Source: an uncultured Bacteroidota bacterium
Lineage (GTDB): Bacteria; Bacteroidota; Bacteroidia; Bacteroidales; M50B96
Length of the DNA: 64,000 bases
Direction of reading: 5' to 3'
Assembly (NCBI GenBank): GCA_937954085.1
Contig: CALGAK010000041.1
Span: 4,476 to 68,475, forward strand
This document shows positions 47,656 through 57,345 of this stretch, piece after piece. Under the pieces are notes generated by a model. It saw only the letters and a program-made list of their open reading frames with translations, ran no database searches and was not told the DNA's origin. The position numbers were made by a program, and so were the translations under genes. The first letter of the stretch is position 1. The number at the start of each line of letters is the position of its first letter.

Positions 47656-47928
47656 AATGTACTCGATTTACGAATTGATAATTTCAGAGGTATTCGATTG
47701 CAGGGGTTTATGAATTCGAAAAGTACAAATTTTGTTTACTGCTGATTCAATCCCCTTGCTTTTTTTCTTGTCGATCGATCGTGTGGATTGACTGAAAAAA
47801 TACGGATACATCTTCATTAAGAAATATTACCAGTGCATGGAGGGAAAAATCATACTGTTATTTGAAAAAATTGTTGGTAGCATTTTATATTTTTACCGTT
47901 TAGCATACAGGATAATCCTACTTTTGCG

Positions 47929-47936
47929 TTGGAAAT
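47929..47936 (+). promoter_or_regulatory. -7 promoter box (TAnnTTTG) upstream of the LysM gene
   Basis: TACTTTTG, 39 nt upstream of the ATG at 47976. Confidence 0.45.
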
Positions 47937-47975
47937 CAGCCCTCGCTTGGAAAAGGGTTCAATAAAAAGCAATCC

Positions 47976-50645
47976 ATGAATCGTTCAAAATTTATCGTCT
48001 TCCTGCTGGGAGTAATCGTTTGGAGCCTTATAACACCGGCTCCAGCCCATTCGCAAAGCACAGAAATAGTACTCTCTGATAAACAGGAGCTTATCGACGG
48101 AAATCTCTTTTACATCCACATCGTACGCAAAGGTCAAACGCTATACTCCATTGCACGCGCTTATCATGTAACTTTGCCCGAGGTTGCTGAATTTAATCCG
48201 ACGGTTTTTGATGGCTTATCCTTGAACCAAGAAATTTTAATACCAGTTATTCGGGGTAAGAACAATTTCCCCGACGAGATAGAGTACCGCAATGAATTCA
48301 ACTTCCACTATATTGAAGCCGGCGAAACCCTCTATTCCATTTTGAATCGGTATGATACGAAGCTAGAAATCATCCAGTATTGGAATCCCGGATTTGAAGA
48401 ACCTATTCAACCTGGCGACCGGATTCGAATTCCTAAACCAGGAGTCGATTTACAAACCTTAAAGACTCGTGTATTCGAGGAAGAAGAGGCCGAGGTGCCT
48501 GTGGAAGTGCCTCCAATCGTTGCTGAGGGAAACTTTAGCGTTTACGTCGTACAGAAAGGAGAAACCTTATACGGCTTGTCGAAACGTTTTGAGGTTCCGC
48601 TTGCTACTTTAATCGAACTCAATCCATCGGTCGAAGATGGTTTGTCGATAGGAGAGTTACTTCGAATTCCCGAGCCAGAAACTACTCGCTTGGAGTCGGG
48701 AAGTAAGCCCAAATCGGAGAATAACGATCCGGGTGAGACCAGGCGGACGGGAATGTTGAGTCATAAAATTGAACGGGGTGAAACGCTGTATGCAATTTGC
48801 AAGCAGTACGGAGTGCCAATGGATAGCATGATTCTCTATAATCCCTGGGCAGCCGAGGATTTTAAAGAAGATCGGGTACTGAGAATTCCTAAGCCGGGAA
48901 TGGTAAATCCCGACGAAGTGCAACAAGGTGCTGTTAAAGACTCACTCGCTTTTGCTTGGCAAGATGAAAAATACTTTTATCACCGGGTGGAAAAAGGTGA
49001 AACGGTTTACAGCATTACAAAATTTTATCGGATAAAGGAGCGGAAATTGAAACGAGCAAACCGCGATATCGATCTGGATGAATTGAAAGTGAATGATGTT
49101 CTCCAAATACCCAAAAAAGATGTAAAAGACCTTCCTGTTGTGAGTAAACTGCTTCAGCAAAAGCATAGTAGGCCTGTAGGTTTACCCAAGATTCAGAAAT
49201 TAGTTAAACAGCGAGAGCAAAAGGAAGATCCTTGTGCTCGATTTGAGTACAACCCTGCGCGCGATACTTTTCAATTGAGTCTATTACTGCCTTTTTACTT
49301 ATTCGAAAACGATACCCTGCATCGGAATGCACAGGAGCGGATGAACGAACCGGTTAATAATCCCAAAGATTCACCCGAATATCAGGATGTTAATTACAAT
49401 CCCAATTTGGTGTATAATAAATCGCGGGTTATGCTGGAATTCTATCAGGGTTTCTTATTAGGCGTGTCGGATAAAAAACAAGACGGATGCAACGTCGATT
49501 TAAACGTCTACGACACCGGTAACCGACTCGACAGTTTGATTCACCTTCTGGCAAATCCCGACCTCCAGGAACAAGATTTGATTGTTGGTCCGGTGTACGA
49601 ACAAAACCTACACGAGTTTAATAAGTTTTCGAAAGCCTATGCCGTAAACTTTGTTTCTCCCCTCATGTCGTCGCCCCACGATTGGCTTGCCGGTAACCCG
49701 CATTTCATCCAGGTAATTCCAGCAATGGAGACTCAAATACGCGACTTTAGTCAAATTTTAGCCAATTATCACTACAAAAACATTGTGCTATTGCATTATG
49801 GTTCCGAAGCAGAATGGGAGGTAGTGCAAATGTTTGAGAAGTACCTAATCCCATTTTTAGAGGAAAAAGCAGCTGGCGACTCCATTCATATTCAGGCTTT
49901 TCAACTCAATCGTGAAAAAGCCTTCGACATGATCAAACCCCGAATTGAAGATGACCGAGAGTATTTCGATCATCCCATTAAAGAAGCTTTGCGCGAGGAT
50001 ATCCCGAATTTAATTATCCTGTCGTCCCGCGATCGGGGAATTGTTTCCAATACCTTCCGCTTTCTAAATACGGTGCTAATGGAGCAAACATCCGATTATG
50101 AAATTACCCTGGCTGGATTTCCGAATGCCAGAAATTTTGATAACATCGATCAGGAATATTTCCATTCGCTTCAATACCACACTTTTTCAACTTTTCATGT
50201 GGATTATGCCCGATCCGAAGTGCAGGATTTTGTAGTGAATTACCGGAAGCAGTTTCTCACCGAACCCAATCAATTTGCTTTTCAAGGCTACGATATTGCT
50301 CATTATTTCCTTTCGCTCCTGATGGAATATGGTCCGGATTTTCGCGATTGCCTCGACGACGTTAACCTGGAAGCTTTTAACATTGGACTGCAGAACGAAT
50401 TTTATTACAAGGCCATAGCCGACACTGGTGGAATCGAGAATCAGCACATTAGCGTATTAATGTACACCGAGGATTACGATATCAATCGAATTGATACCTT
50501 GTTCCGACGGGAGGAAAAAGATTTTCGTTCGACCTTACCTGCGGAATTCGCCCCAGACTCGCTTCAACAGAATGAACAAATCGATAGTCTGGGAATCGAT
50601 CCAAATAAAGAACAAAACCTGAGGCTGTATCGTAGGCCCGACTAA
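47976..50645 (+). CDS. Secreted protein with five LysM repeats fused to a type-1 periplasmic-binding-protein-like domain
   Basis: Signal peptide. There are five copies of the pattern h-x-V-x-KGETLYSI...L...NP......L..G..L.IP (for example YVVQKGETLYGLSKRF...ELLRIPEP). The C-terminal ~480 aa are alpha/beta and PBP1-like. Confidence 0.78.
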   Translation: MNRSKFIVFLLGVIVWSLITPAPAHSQSTEIVLSDKQELIDGNLFYIHIVRKGQTLYSIARAYHVTLPEVAEFNPTVFDGLSLNQEILIPVIRGKNNFPDEIEYRNEFNFHYIEAGETLYSILNRYDTKLEIIQYWNPGFEEPIQPGDRIRIPKPGVDLQTLKTRVFEEEEAEVPVEVPPIVAEGNFSVYVVQKGETLYGLSKRFEVPLATLIELNPSVEDGLSIGELLRIPEPETTRLESGSKPKSENNDPGETRRTGMLSHKIERGETLYAICKQYGVPMDSMILYNPWAAEDFKEDRVLRIPKPGMVNPDEVQQGAVKDSLAFAWQDEKYFYHRVEKGETVYSITKFYRIKERKLKRANRDIDLDELKVNDVLQIPKKDVKDLPVVSKLLQQKHSRPVGLPKIQKLVKQREQKEDPCARFEYNPARDTFQLSLLLPFYLFENDTLHRNAQERMNEPVNNPKDSPEYQDVNYNPNLVYNKSRVMLEFYQGFLLGVSDKKQDGCNVDLNVYDTGNRLDSLIHLLANPDLQEQDLIVGPVYEQNLHEFNKFSKAYAVNFVSPLMSSPHDWLAGNPHFIQVIPAMETQIRDFSQILANYHYKNIVLLHYGSEAEWEVVQMFEKYLIPFLEEKAAGDSIHIQAFQLNREKAFDMIKPRIEDDREYFDHPIKEALREDIPNLIILSSRDRGIVSNTFRFLNTVLMEQTSDYEITLAGFPNARNFDNIDQEYFHSLQYHTFSTFHVDYARSEVQDFVVNYRKQFLTEPNQFAFQGYDIAHYFLSLLMEYGPDFRDCLDDVNLEAFNIGLQNEFYYKAIADTGGIENQHISVLMYTEDYDINRIDTLFRREEKDFRSTLPAEFAPDSLQQNEQIDSLGIDPNKEQNLRLYRRPD

Positions 50646-50648
50646 ACT

Positions 50649-53600
50649 ATGACTGCACTGAGCTCCAAAAGAATCCTGTTGTTATTGAATCTTCTTCTGA
50701 TCATTCTTCCGGGAATTCTTTATCCACTTCGAGCTCAGATTCATTTTACCGAAAATACAGGCCAGTGGGACGAGGCGGTTTTATTTCGGGCCGATATTCC
50801 CGGAGGTCGATTATACCTGGAATCTTCTGCCTTGGTATTTGTTCTGAACGAACCGATCGAGCATCTTCCTGCAAATGGAAAATCCGACTCGGTTTTCCGT
50901 TCTCAGCATTTTAGAATGCAATTTATCGGAGTCGAATTGGATTCCATGCATGTTCACGGACATCGAACGATACCGGGTTATTCAAATTTTTTCATTGGGA
51001 ACGATCCCGAACGATGGCAATCGGAGGTGCTCTCATACGAAGTGGTTCATTTTCAACATCTCTATCCGGGTATCGATTTTTATATTTTTGGAGGTCCTGT
51101 TCTCAAGACCGAATTTCATGTTGAATCCGGAGCCGATCCTTCTCGCATACAATATGAAATTCAGGGATTGGTGCAGCCCATACTGCGTGATGGAGACTTG
51201 TGGATTCAATCGGCGATTAACGATTTGATTGAATCGGATCCTGTTGCTTTTCAAAAACAAGGAAAGGATAGCCTCTCCGTCTCCTGTCATTTCCAACTCA
51301 CGGGTCGGATAGTTTCCTACCAGCTTGGACCATTTGATAAAGGACACGACTTGGTGATCGACCCCTATTTAGTCTTCAGTACCTACAGCGGTTCTACTGC
51401 CGATAACTGGGGATTTACCGCCAGTTTCGACAGTGAAGGAAATGCATTCAGTGGAGGCATTGTAGCAGGCGATGGTTATCCGGTTAGTGCAGGCGCTTTC
51501 GATATTAATTTTCAATCCGGCGGCAACTGGGATATTGGTATTATTAAGTATGATTCCATTGGGCAAAATCGAATTTGGGCCACTTACATAGGTGGCAGCG
51601 ATTGTGAAATGCCCCATAGTCTGATAGCCGATTCGGAGGATAATTTATTGATTTTGGGAACCACCGGCTCATCCGATTTTCCAACCTTGTTTAACGCATA
51701 CGATGGAAGTTTCAATGGAGGAACTCCAGTTAATTATCTGAATATTAATTTTCAGAATGGAACCGATATTTTTGTGTTTAAGCTATCGGCCAACGGAAGT
51801 TCCATGCTTGGAGGAACCTACATTGGTGGTTCTATGAACGATGGATTGAATTACCGCAGTAGCTATGCTCCTTTCAACTACACCGGTATGGGTGGCTTAT
51901 ACTACAATTATGGCGACGGAGCGCGCGGCGAAATCATGGTCGATGAGAACAATCAGGTTTATGTGGGCTCGACTAGTTTTTCCGATAATTTTCCGGTTTC
52001 CAATGCTTTTCAACCACTTTCCAATGGAATGCAAGAAGGGGTCGTTTTTAGTTTAACGGCCAACTTGAGTCAGTTACTTTGGAGCAGTTACATTGGTGGC
52101 AGCGACGACGATGCCGTGTATTCGATCGATGTCGATGCACAAGGGAATATCTTCTTTGCTGGTGGTAGTTCCAGCTCCGACCTCTTGGTTACCGATGCCC
52201 TCTTTCCTTCCTCTCAACTCGGAGGAACCAGCGATGGATTTCTTGGAAAGATTCAGGCAGGGGGGCAGAATCTCTTGCATTTGAGTACATACGGTTCCAC
52301 CGAATACGATCAGATTTACTTTGTGAAAGTCGATGATGCCGGCGGAATTTTTATAACCGGTCAAACCGAAGCTCCCGGAAATACACTTATTTACAATGCT
52401 GCTTATAATCAGCCTAATAGCGGGCAGTTTATTGCCAAGATACTCCCTGACTTCAGCGCATTTGAGTGGTCGACTGTTTTTGGTTTGGGCGATGGTGATC
52501 CGGATATAGCACTCACCGCATTTGCCGTCGATTTATTCGATAAAATATACTTGTCGGGCTGGGGGAGACTTGGTTTAACCAATACCTCGTCCTCCTGGGC
52601 TGGATTCCAAGGTATTAAAGACCTGGAAGTTACACCCGGTGCTTATCAGACAGAATCCGACGGACAAGATTTCTACCTCATGATTTTGAGCGACGATGGC
52701 AACTGCTTGAAGTATGCCACTTTTTTTGGGGAACAGCATTATGCCTCGTGTGGCAGCAGCGGACGCGACCACGTTGACGGAGGAACCTCCCGTTTCGACA
52801 AACGTGGTTATATCTATCAGTCGGTTTGCTCGTCCTGTGGTGGTTGCCAGGAATTCCCTACTTATCCTGCCGGTCAGGTTTGGTCGGAAACGAATAATTC
52901 CTCCAACTGTAACAATGCCCTGTTCAAGTTCGAAATGGAATCGGTTCCTTATTTGCCGGATGTGCATTTATGCGAAGGGGAGTCGGCTCAGGTTGGACCC
53001 GCTACTGCGGATAGTTCGACGGTTTACAGTTGGTCGCCAGCAACGCTTGTGAGCAATCCTACAACTCCGAATCCCTGGCTGCAAAATATTACATCGGATA
53101 CCCTTCTCACTCTTTTCCTAATCAAAGGTCCCTGCGTCGACTCAGTTCTGCAACGAGTTTATTTTCATGAGATTAATCATCAAATAAACTTGAGCGATAC
53201 GACTTTTCAATGCGACTACGATTCGGTCTGGTTGCAAGTAACACCATCGCCCATGGTGGAAACAACCTGGCTCTCCTGGAGTCCTGTCTACGACAGTTTA
53301 ATAGCTTTCCCCGATACCCAGGCTTGGCTGAGCCCTGATCATCCCTCGTGGTTTTACGTTTTAAGCTTCGATGCCTATTGCCAGGCGGAGGATAGTTTCT
53401 ATTTCGATGTGCCTCTTTTTAGTGCTGGTTTGGAATCCGAGTTAAATCCGTGTAATCTGGATTCGATTCAACTAGGCCCCGAAAACTTGATTTCTGGTGT
53501 GAATTATTCCTGGGAGCCGGCTCATTTGCTTAGCAATGCAGAAGTGGCGAATCCCTGGGTGGAAATCGACGGGCAACAGGAATTTCAACTCGCCATGGAA

Positions 53601-54662
53601 AATCAATCCTGCTTCGATACCTTGTATCAAACGCTTATCCCGCATTATTTATCGTACCTTTTGCCCGATTCGGTTCACGCATGCGATTACGATACGCTTT
53701 GGGTGGAAGCCACACCGATTGAAGGAACAGCTTGGGTTGAATGGTATGGAAATGCTGCTCTGAGTCAGTTGTTAGCTTCCGATACCCTGGCGATTAGCCA
53801 AATGCCGGCTCAAGCTCAATATTATTACTTTCAGGCTGAAAATAGTTACTGTTTAGTGGAGGATTCCGTGTACATCAATCGGATTGCGGTTAGTGTCGAT
53901 TTGCCTGAACAGCTGTTTCTATGCGCAGGGGATACCTTGATGGTGAACTTCCTTGATCCTTTTAGTAGCTCCGACCTTCAGATTCATTGGATACCTGAGT
54001 CGATGATTCTTAGTGGACAGGGAACAATTGAGCCGCTTGTCTGGATCCAAACACCTGGTTATTTGTATTTGGAAACCAGCGAAGCATTTTGTTATGCCAA
54101 GGATAGTATTCGAATTGAATTCTCCGACTGGTCTTTATCGACTCAAGAAATGATTGAAAAGCCGGAGGATAGCCTATACCGCAATCAAGTTATTTGGATT
54201 GAACCGATGTTACCTCCGAATTTAAGTGTGTCTTGGTATCCGCAAGATTATCTGGAAATGAACGATTTGTCGGCTATTCAAATTAGTCCGCAAGATCATC
54301 AGTGGTACTTTATCAGCGGAACCGATGCTTGGGGATGTGTGCGCAACGATAGTATTTTCATTTGGGTGTTAGAGGTTCTGTGCGACGAAGACCATGTTTT
54401 TGTTCCCTCCGCCTTTTCGCCCAACGGCGATAAGCGCAACGATGTCTTGTTTGTAAGAACAGCCATGAGCGATGATCTCTACTTTGCAGTCTATAATCGT
54501 TGGGGAGAGAAAGTATTTGAAACGACCGACTCATCGATTGGTTGGGATGGAACCTTTAAAGGGGAGTTGCAACCTCCAGGGGTTTTTGTATATCACCTGA
54601 TTAGTCGTTGTTGGGATGGAACTCGCTTCGAAAAGAAAGGAAATGTAACCCTCTTACGTTGA
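50649..54662 (+). CDS. Giant beta-propeller-repeat (SBBP-like) surface protein with a type-B T9SS C-terminal domain
   Basis: Begins 3 nt after the LysM gene. It has a signal peptide, repeated YIGGS..D....I..D..GN....G.T.S.DFP units, and six Cys-bracketed stalk modules. The type-B CTD is at 54396-54659 (VFVPSAFSPNGDKRNDVLF...VYNRWGEKVF...GWDGTFKG...KKGNVTLLR). Confidence 0.8.
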   Translation: MTALSSKRILLLLNLLLIILPGILYPLRAQIHFTENTGQWDEAVLFRADIPGGRLYLESSALVFVLNEPIEHLPANGKSDSVFRSQHFRMQFIGVELDSMHVHGHRTIPGYSNFFIGNDPERWQSEVLSYEVVHFQHLYPGIDFYIFGGPVLKTEFHVESGADPSRIQYEIQGLVQPILRDGDLWIQSAINDLIESDPVAFQKQGKDSLSVSCHFQLTGRIVSYQLGPFDKGHDLVIDPYLVFSTYSGSTADNWGFTASFDSEGNAFSGGIVAGDGYPVSAGAFDINFQSGGNWDIGIIKYDSIGQNRIWATYIGGSDCEMPHSLIADSEDNLLILGTTGSSDFPTLFNAYDGSFNGGTPVNYLNINFQNGTDIFVFKLSANGSSMLGGTYIGGSMNDGLNYRSSYAPFNYTGMGGLYYNYGDGARGEIMVDENNQVYVGSTSFSDNFPVSNAFQPLSNGMQEGVVFSLTANLSQLLWSSYIGGSDDDAVYSIDVDAQGNIFFAGGSSSSDLLVTDALFPSSQLGGTSDGFLGKIQAGGQNLLHLSTYGSTEYDQIYFVKVDDAGGIFITGQTEAPGNTLIYNAAYNQPNSGQFIAKILPDFSAFEWSTVFGLGDGDPDIALTAFAVDLFDKIYLSGWGRLGLTNTSSSWAGFQGIKDLEVTPGAYQTESDGQDFYLMILSDDGNCLKYATFFGEQHYASCGSSGRDHVDGGTSRFDKRGYIYQSVCSSCGGCQEFPTYPAGQVWSETNNSSNCNNALFKFEMESVPYLPDVHLCEGESAQVGPATADSSTVYSWSPATLVSNPTTPNPWLQNITSDTLLTLFLIKGPCVDSVLQRVYFHEINHQINLSDTTFQCDYDSVWLQVTPSPMVETTWLSWSPVYDSLIAFPDTQAWLSPDHPSWFYVLSFDAYCQAEDSFYFDVPLFSAGLESELNPCNLDSIQLGPENLISGVNYSWEPAHLLSNAEVANPWVEIDGQQEFQLAMENQSCFDTLYQTLIPHYLSYLLPDSVHACDYDTLWVEATPIEGTAWVEWYGNAALSQLLASDTLAISQMPAQAQYYYFQAENSYCLVEDSVYINRIAVSVDLPEQLFLCAGDTLMVNFLDPFSSSDLQIHWIPESMILSGQGTIEPLVWIQTPGYLYLETSEAFCYAKDSIRIEFSDWSLSTQEMIEKPEDSLYRNQVIWIEPMLPPNLSVSWYPQDYLEMNDLSAIQISPQDHQWYFISGTDAWGCVRNDSIFIWVLEVLCDEDHVFVPSAFSPNGDKRNDVLFVRTAMSDDLYFAVYNRWGEKVFETTDSSIGWDGTFKGELQPPGVFVYHLISRCWDGTRFEKKGNVTLLR

Positions 54663-55748
54663 GGTAGATTTATCGGTTGATCCGTTGGCTGTTTTTCCTT
54701 CATAAAAATCCATCAGTTTATATTTTTCCTGACGCATTTTCCAGCGCTCTTTTGCGTATTGCTGCATGTCGCTAATCGTATCTTTTTCGTCCATGATTTC
54801 AAATCCAACTAAGGTTTCGATAATATCTTCCATGGTGAGAATACCATCCATTCCTCCGTATTCGTTAACGATAAGCGCTAAGTGCTCTTTCGATTTGATT
54901 AAGGTTTCCCATGCATCAAAGACTTGGATGTAGGCCGTTAAGACCACAATTTTTCGTTTCAAGTCTTTCAATTTCAAGTCGGATTTATTTTCGGCCAGCT
55001 TTTCAAAAACTTCCTGCCGAAAAACGTAACCGGTTATATGGTCTTCGTTACCGGAGTAAATCGGGATTCGCGAGAAACGGAGGTATTCCTTATCTTTTAG
55101 GAAATCGCTCAAGGCCATGTTTTCGTCGGCCGTGGAAACGACCACTCGAGGCGTTAGAATTTCTGTCACACGAAGGCTTTTCAGCCGAATCAGGTTCTGA
55201 ATAATCTTGTTTTCTTTCGATCCAAGGATTCCTTCTTCGGTCCCAATATTGGCTAAGGCTGATATTTCTTCGCGACTGGTGGATAAGCCTGGTTTCTTTT
55301 CGGCCATTAACCGGGTTATCCCCGACGATACGATGACCAAAGGATAGGCAATGAATATCATGATTCGGACCAGGACATAAACCGGCGAAACTAGGTAGCG
55401 CCAAAAGCGCGCGCCAATGGTTTTAGGAATGATTTCGGTAAAAACCAGAATTAAAATGGTAAGGATCGCTGAAATAACTCCAAAATAGGCTTCGCCAAAT
55501 ACTTCGACCGATTGAGCTCCCACTCCGGCAGCTCCAATGGTGTGTGCTACGGTATTGAGAGAAAGAATGGCTGATAAAGGTTTGTCGATATTCTCCTTGT
55601 ACTGAAGCATTTTGCGGCTGTTTTTGTTCCCCTCGGAATCGGCAGCTTTCAAGAAAGACATTGGAGTAGAAAGGATTACAGCCTCGGCAATGGAGCATAA
55701 AAAGGAAATGAACAAGGCCAGAAAGAGGTAAAAAAGCAGGAGTCCCAT
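54654..55748 (-). CDS. CNNM/DUF21 transmembrane domain plus CBS-pair protein (HlyC/CorC-family, lacking the CorC C-terminal domain)
   Basis: Four N-terminal TM helices, then a CBS pair (VTEILTPRVVV..., HLALIVNEYGGMDGILTMEDIIETLVG). It ends about 35 aa after the CBS pair. Confidence 0.82.
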   Translation of the reverse strand: MGLLLFYLFLALFISFLCSIAEAVILSTPMSFLKAADSEGNKNSRKMLQYKENIDKPLSAILSLNTVAHTIGAAGVGAQSVEVFGEAYFGVISAILTILILVFTEIIPKTIGARFWRYLVSPVYVLVRIMIFIAYPLVIVSSGITRLMAEKKPGLSTSREEISALANIGTEEGILGSKENKIIQNLIRLKSLRVTEILTPRVVVSTADENMALSDFLKDKEYLRFSRIPIYSGNEDHITGYVFRQEVFEKLAENKSDLKLKDLKRKIVVLTAYIQVFDAWETLIKSKEHLALIVNEYGGMDGILTMEDIIETLVGFEIMDEKDTISDMQQYAKERWKMRQEKYKLMDFYEGKTANGSTDKSTST

Positions 55749-55765
55749 AGTTATTTTTAAAACCG

Positions 55766-55773
55766 CAAATTTA
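55766..55773 (-). promoter_or_regulatory. -7 promoter box (TAnnTTTG) upstream of the CNNM gene
   Basis: The minus strand reads TAAATTTG, 17 nt upstream of the ATG at 55748. Confidence 0.4.
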
Positions 55774-55780
55774 TATCAAA

Positions 55781-57238
55781 TTACGATTGCCGTGGAATAA
55801 TCCACCGATCGTAAGCTATTAAGGCGAGAACAGCGGCTAAGCCAATTCCCGTGAAAACCATCCAGATCGACGATGGGTTGTAGTGAACAAACAGAAAATC
55901 AGTTAATTCCCGTGGGGTCATCTCCATTTGTTGAGCCGCATCGATGAAGAAATCATTTTGAGTATAGGAATCTGAAATAGCCGGCAAGTCGATGTTCCGC
56001 TTGTCTAATTCTTCGTTTAAGAGGAAGTATTTATCCGACATTTTTTCATATACCGGACCCGATAAAACTCCCGCTAAAATATTGCCAATAAAATGAGGGA
56101 AATAGCTGAAACCCATGTAAAGCCCGACTTTATCGGCCGGAGCAATTTTCCCGATGTATTCGAGAATTTTAGGAGAACTAGCCATTTCGCCCAGGGCAAA
56201 AATCAGAATGGACATGAGCATGAAAAAGGGTTGATTTGTCAGCATGGTCAAACCAATTCCAATTGAGCTCACAAAGATGCCACCGATCATCGAATTGAGT
56301 GGTTTGAAACGCATAACCCACGATGAAACCAATACCTGAAAAAGGACAATGAAAAGGGCATCGGAATTTACCAACATTTCCGATTCAATTTTCCCTTGAC
56401 CATTTCCAAGCCATTGGGCCAGGGTAGGACTTAAGACATAAACATCCTGATAGAATCGATGCAAATCGACCCATTGATCGATGAATACCGGAAAGGTATA
56501 AAAGAGCTGGTTGTACATGGACCAAAAACCAGCAATAATCACCAGGAAAACCATGAATCGAATATCTTTCATTCCAATCCAGATTGTTCGAAAAGCTTCA
56601 GCCAGAATTTCTTTCCATGCTCGGTTGCCTTTCGTTTCGCTTGGATGCGTTGGTTCCCGAAAAAATAAGAGCACTAACACAAGATTGAGAAGGATGGATG
56701 CCGATGAAAGGTAGAAGACATAATCGTAGGAGATAACCTTAAGTTTCGCTCCCAGAAAAGGACCGATGAAAGCCCCAATGTTTACGATCATGTAAAAGAT
56801 TCCAAATCCAATCGAGGAGGTTTCGTCGTTGGTCGATTTGGAAATGGTTGCGCTGATAACCGGCTTAAAAAGTGCGGCTCCTACTGCCAGGTAAATAAAA
56901 CTGAGGTAGATAGGAATAAAGGTTTTGAAACTCGCCAAAGCAAAATACCCACTGGCCAAAATGATATAAGCGGTAATGAGTACCTTTTTATATCCAATTC
57001 GGTCGGCAATAGCTCCGGTAAGGATGGGGAGGAAATAAACCAAGCCTGCCAGGGTCGACATCATGAGTGCTTTTTGCGATTGAGAGAATCCCAGCGCACC
57101 GGTATCTTTCGAGCCGGTGAGATAATTCGCTAGCATAATGAACATACCATACCAAGCTAATCGCTCCAAGAGCTCCATGGTATTGGCCGTCCAGAAATTA
57201 CGGGGGAATTGCTTCCAAACATCAAGAAATCGTGCCAT
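55781..57238 (-). CDS. Proton-dependent oligopeptide transporter (POT/PTR2, MFS)
   Basis: ExxER motif MELLERLAWYGMF near the N-terminus, and 12+ TM segments. Confidence 0.82.
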   Translation of the reverse strand: MARFLDVWKQFPRNFWTANTMELLERLAWYGMFIMLANYLTGSKDTGALGFSQSQKALMMSTLAGLVYFLPILTGAIADRIGYKKVLITAYIILASGYFALASFKTFIPIYLSFIYLAVGAALFKPVISATISKSTNDETSSIGFGIFYMIVNIGAFIGPFLGAKLKVISYDYVFYLSSASILLNLVLVLLFFREPTHPSETKGNRAWKEILAEAFRTIWIGMKDIRFMVFLVIIAGFWSMYNQLFYTFPVFIDQWVDLHRFYQDVYVLSPTLAQWLGNGQGKIESEMLVNSDALFIVLFQVLVSSWVMRFKPLNSMIGGIFVSSIGIGLTMLTNQPFFMLMSILIFALGEMASSPKILEYIGKIAPADKVGLYMGFSYFPHFIGNILAGVLSGPVYEKMSDKYFLLNEELDKRNIDLPAISDSYTQNDFFIDAAQQMEMTPRELTDFLFVHYNPSSIWMVFTGIGLAAVLALIAYDRWIIPRQS

Positions 57239-57254
57239 GCGGGTTTTTTGCTGC

Positions 57255-57262
57255 CAAACTTA
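57255..57262 (-). promoter_or_regulatory. -7 promoter box (TAnnTTTG) upstream of the POT transporter
   Basis: The minus strand reads TAAGTTTG, 16 nt upstream of the ATG at 57238. Confidence 0.4.
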
Positions 57263-57318
57263 AACAATAATCCTACAGTTGCCAGCCTCTGTCTCCTTGT
57301 AGTGCTACCTGTTTCGAT

Positions 57319-57326
57319 TAACTTTG
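57319..57326 (+). promoter_or_regulatory. -7 promoter box (TAnnTTTG) upstream of rarA
   Basis: TAACTTTG, 19 nt upstream of the ATG at 57346. Confidence 0.45.
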
Positions 57327-57345
57327 AAGGTTTTAATCCATCACT

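Noticed and set aside
47772-47781. The 10-nt perfect palindrome cgatcgatcg (two GATC sites) in the addB/LysM intergenic region
   Set aside because: It is too short to stand out statistically, has no partner repeats, and has no obvious operator context.
47837-47965. A 42-aa hydrophobic/basic ORF (MEGKIILLFEKIVGS...) in the 320-nt region upstream of the LysM gene
   Set aside because: It overlaps the predicted -7 box and leader of the LysM gene. It has no promoter box or recognisable signal, and its composition is consistent with AT-rich non-coding sequence.
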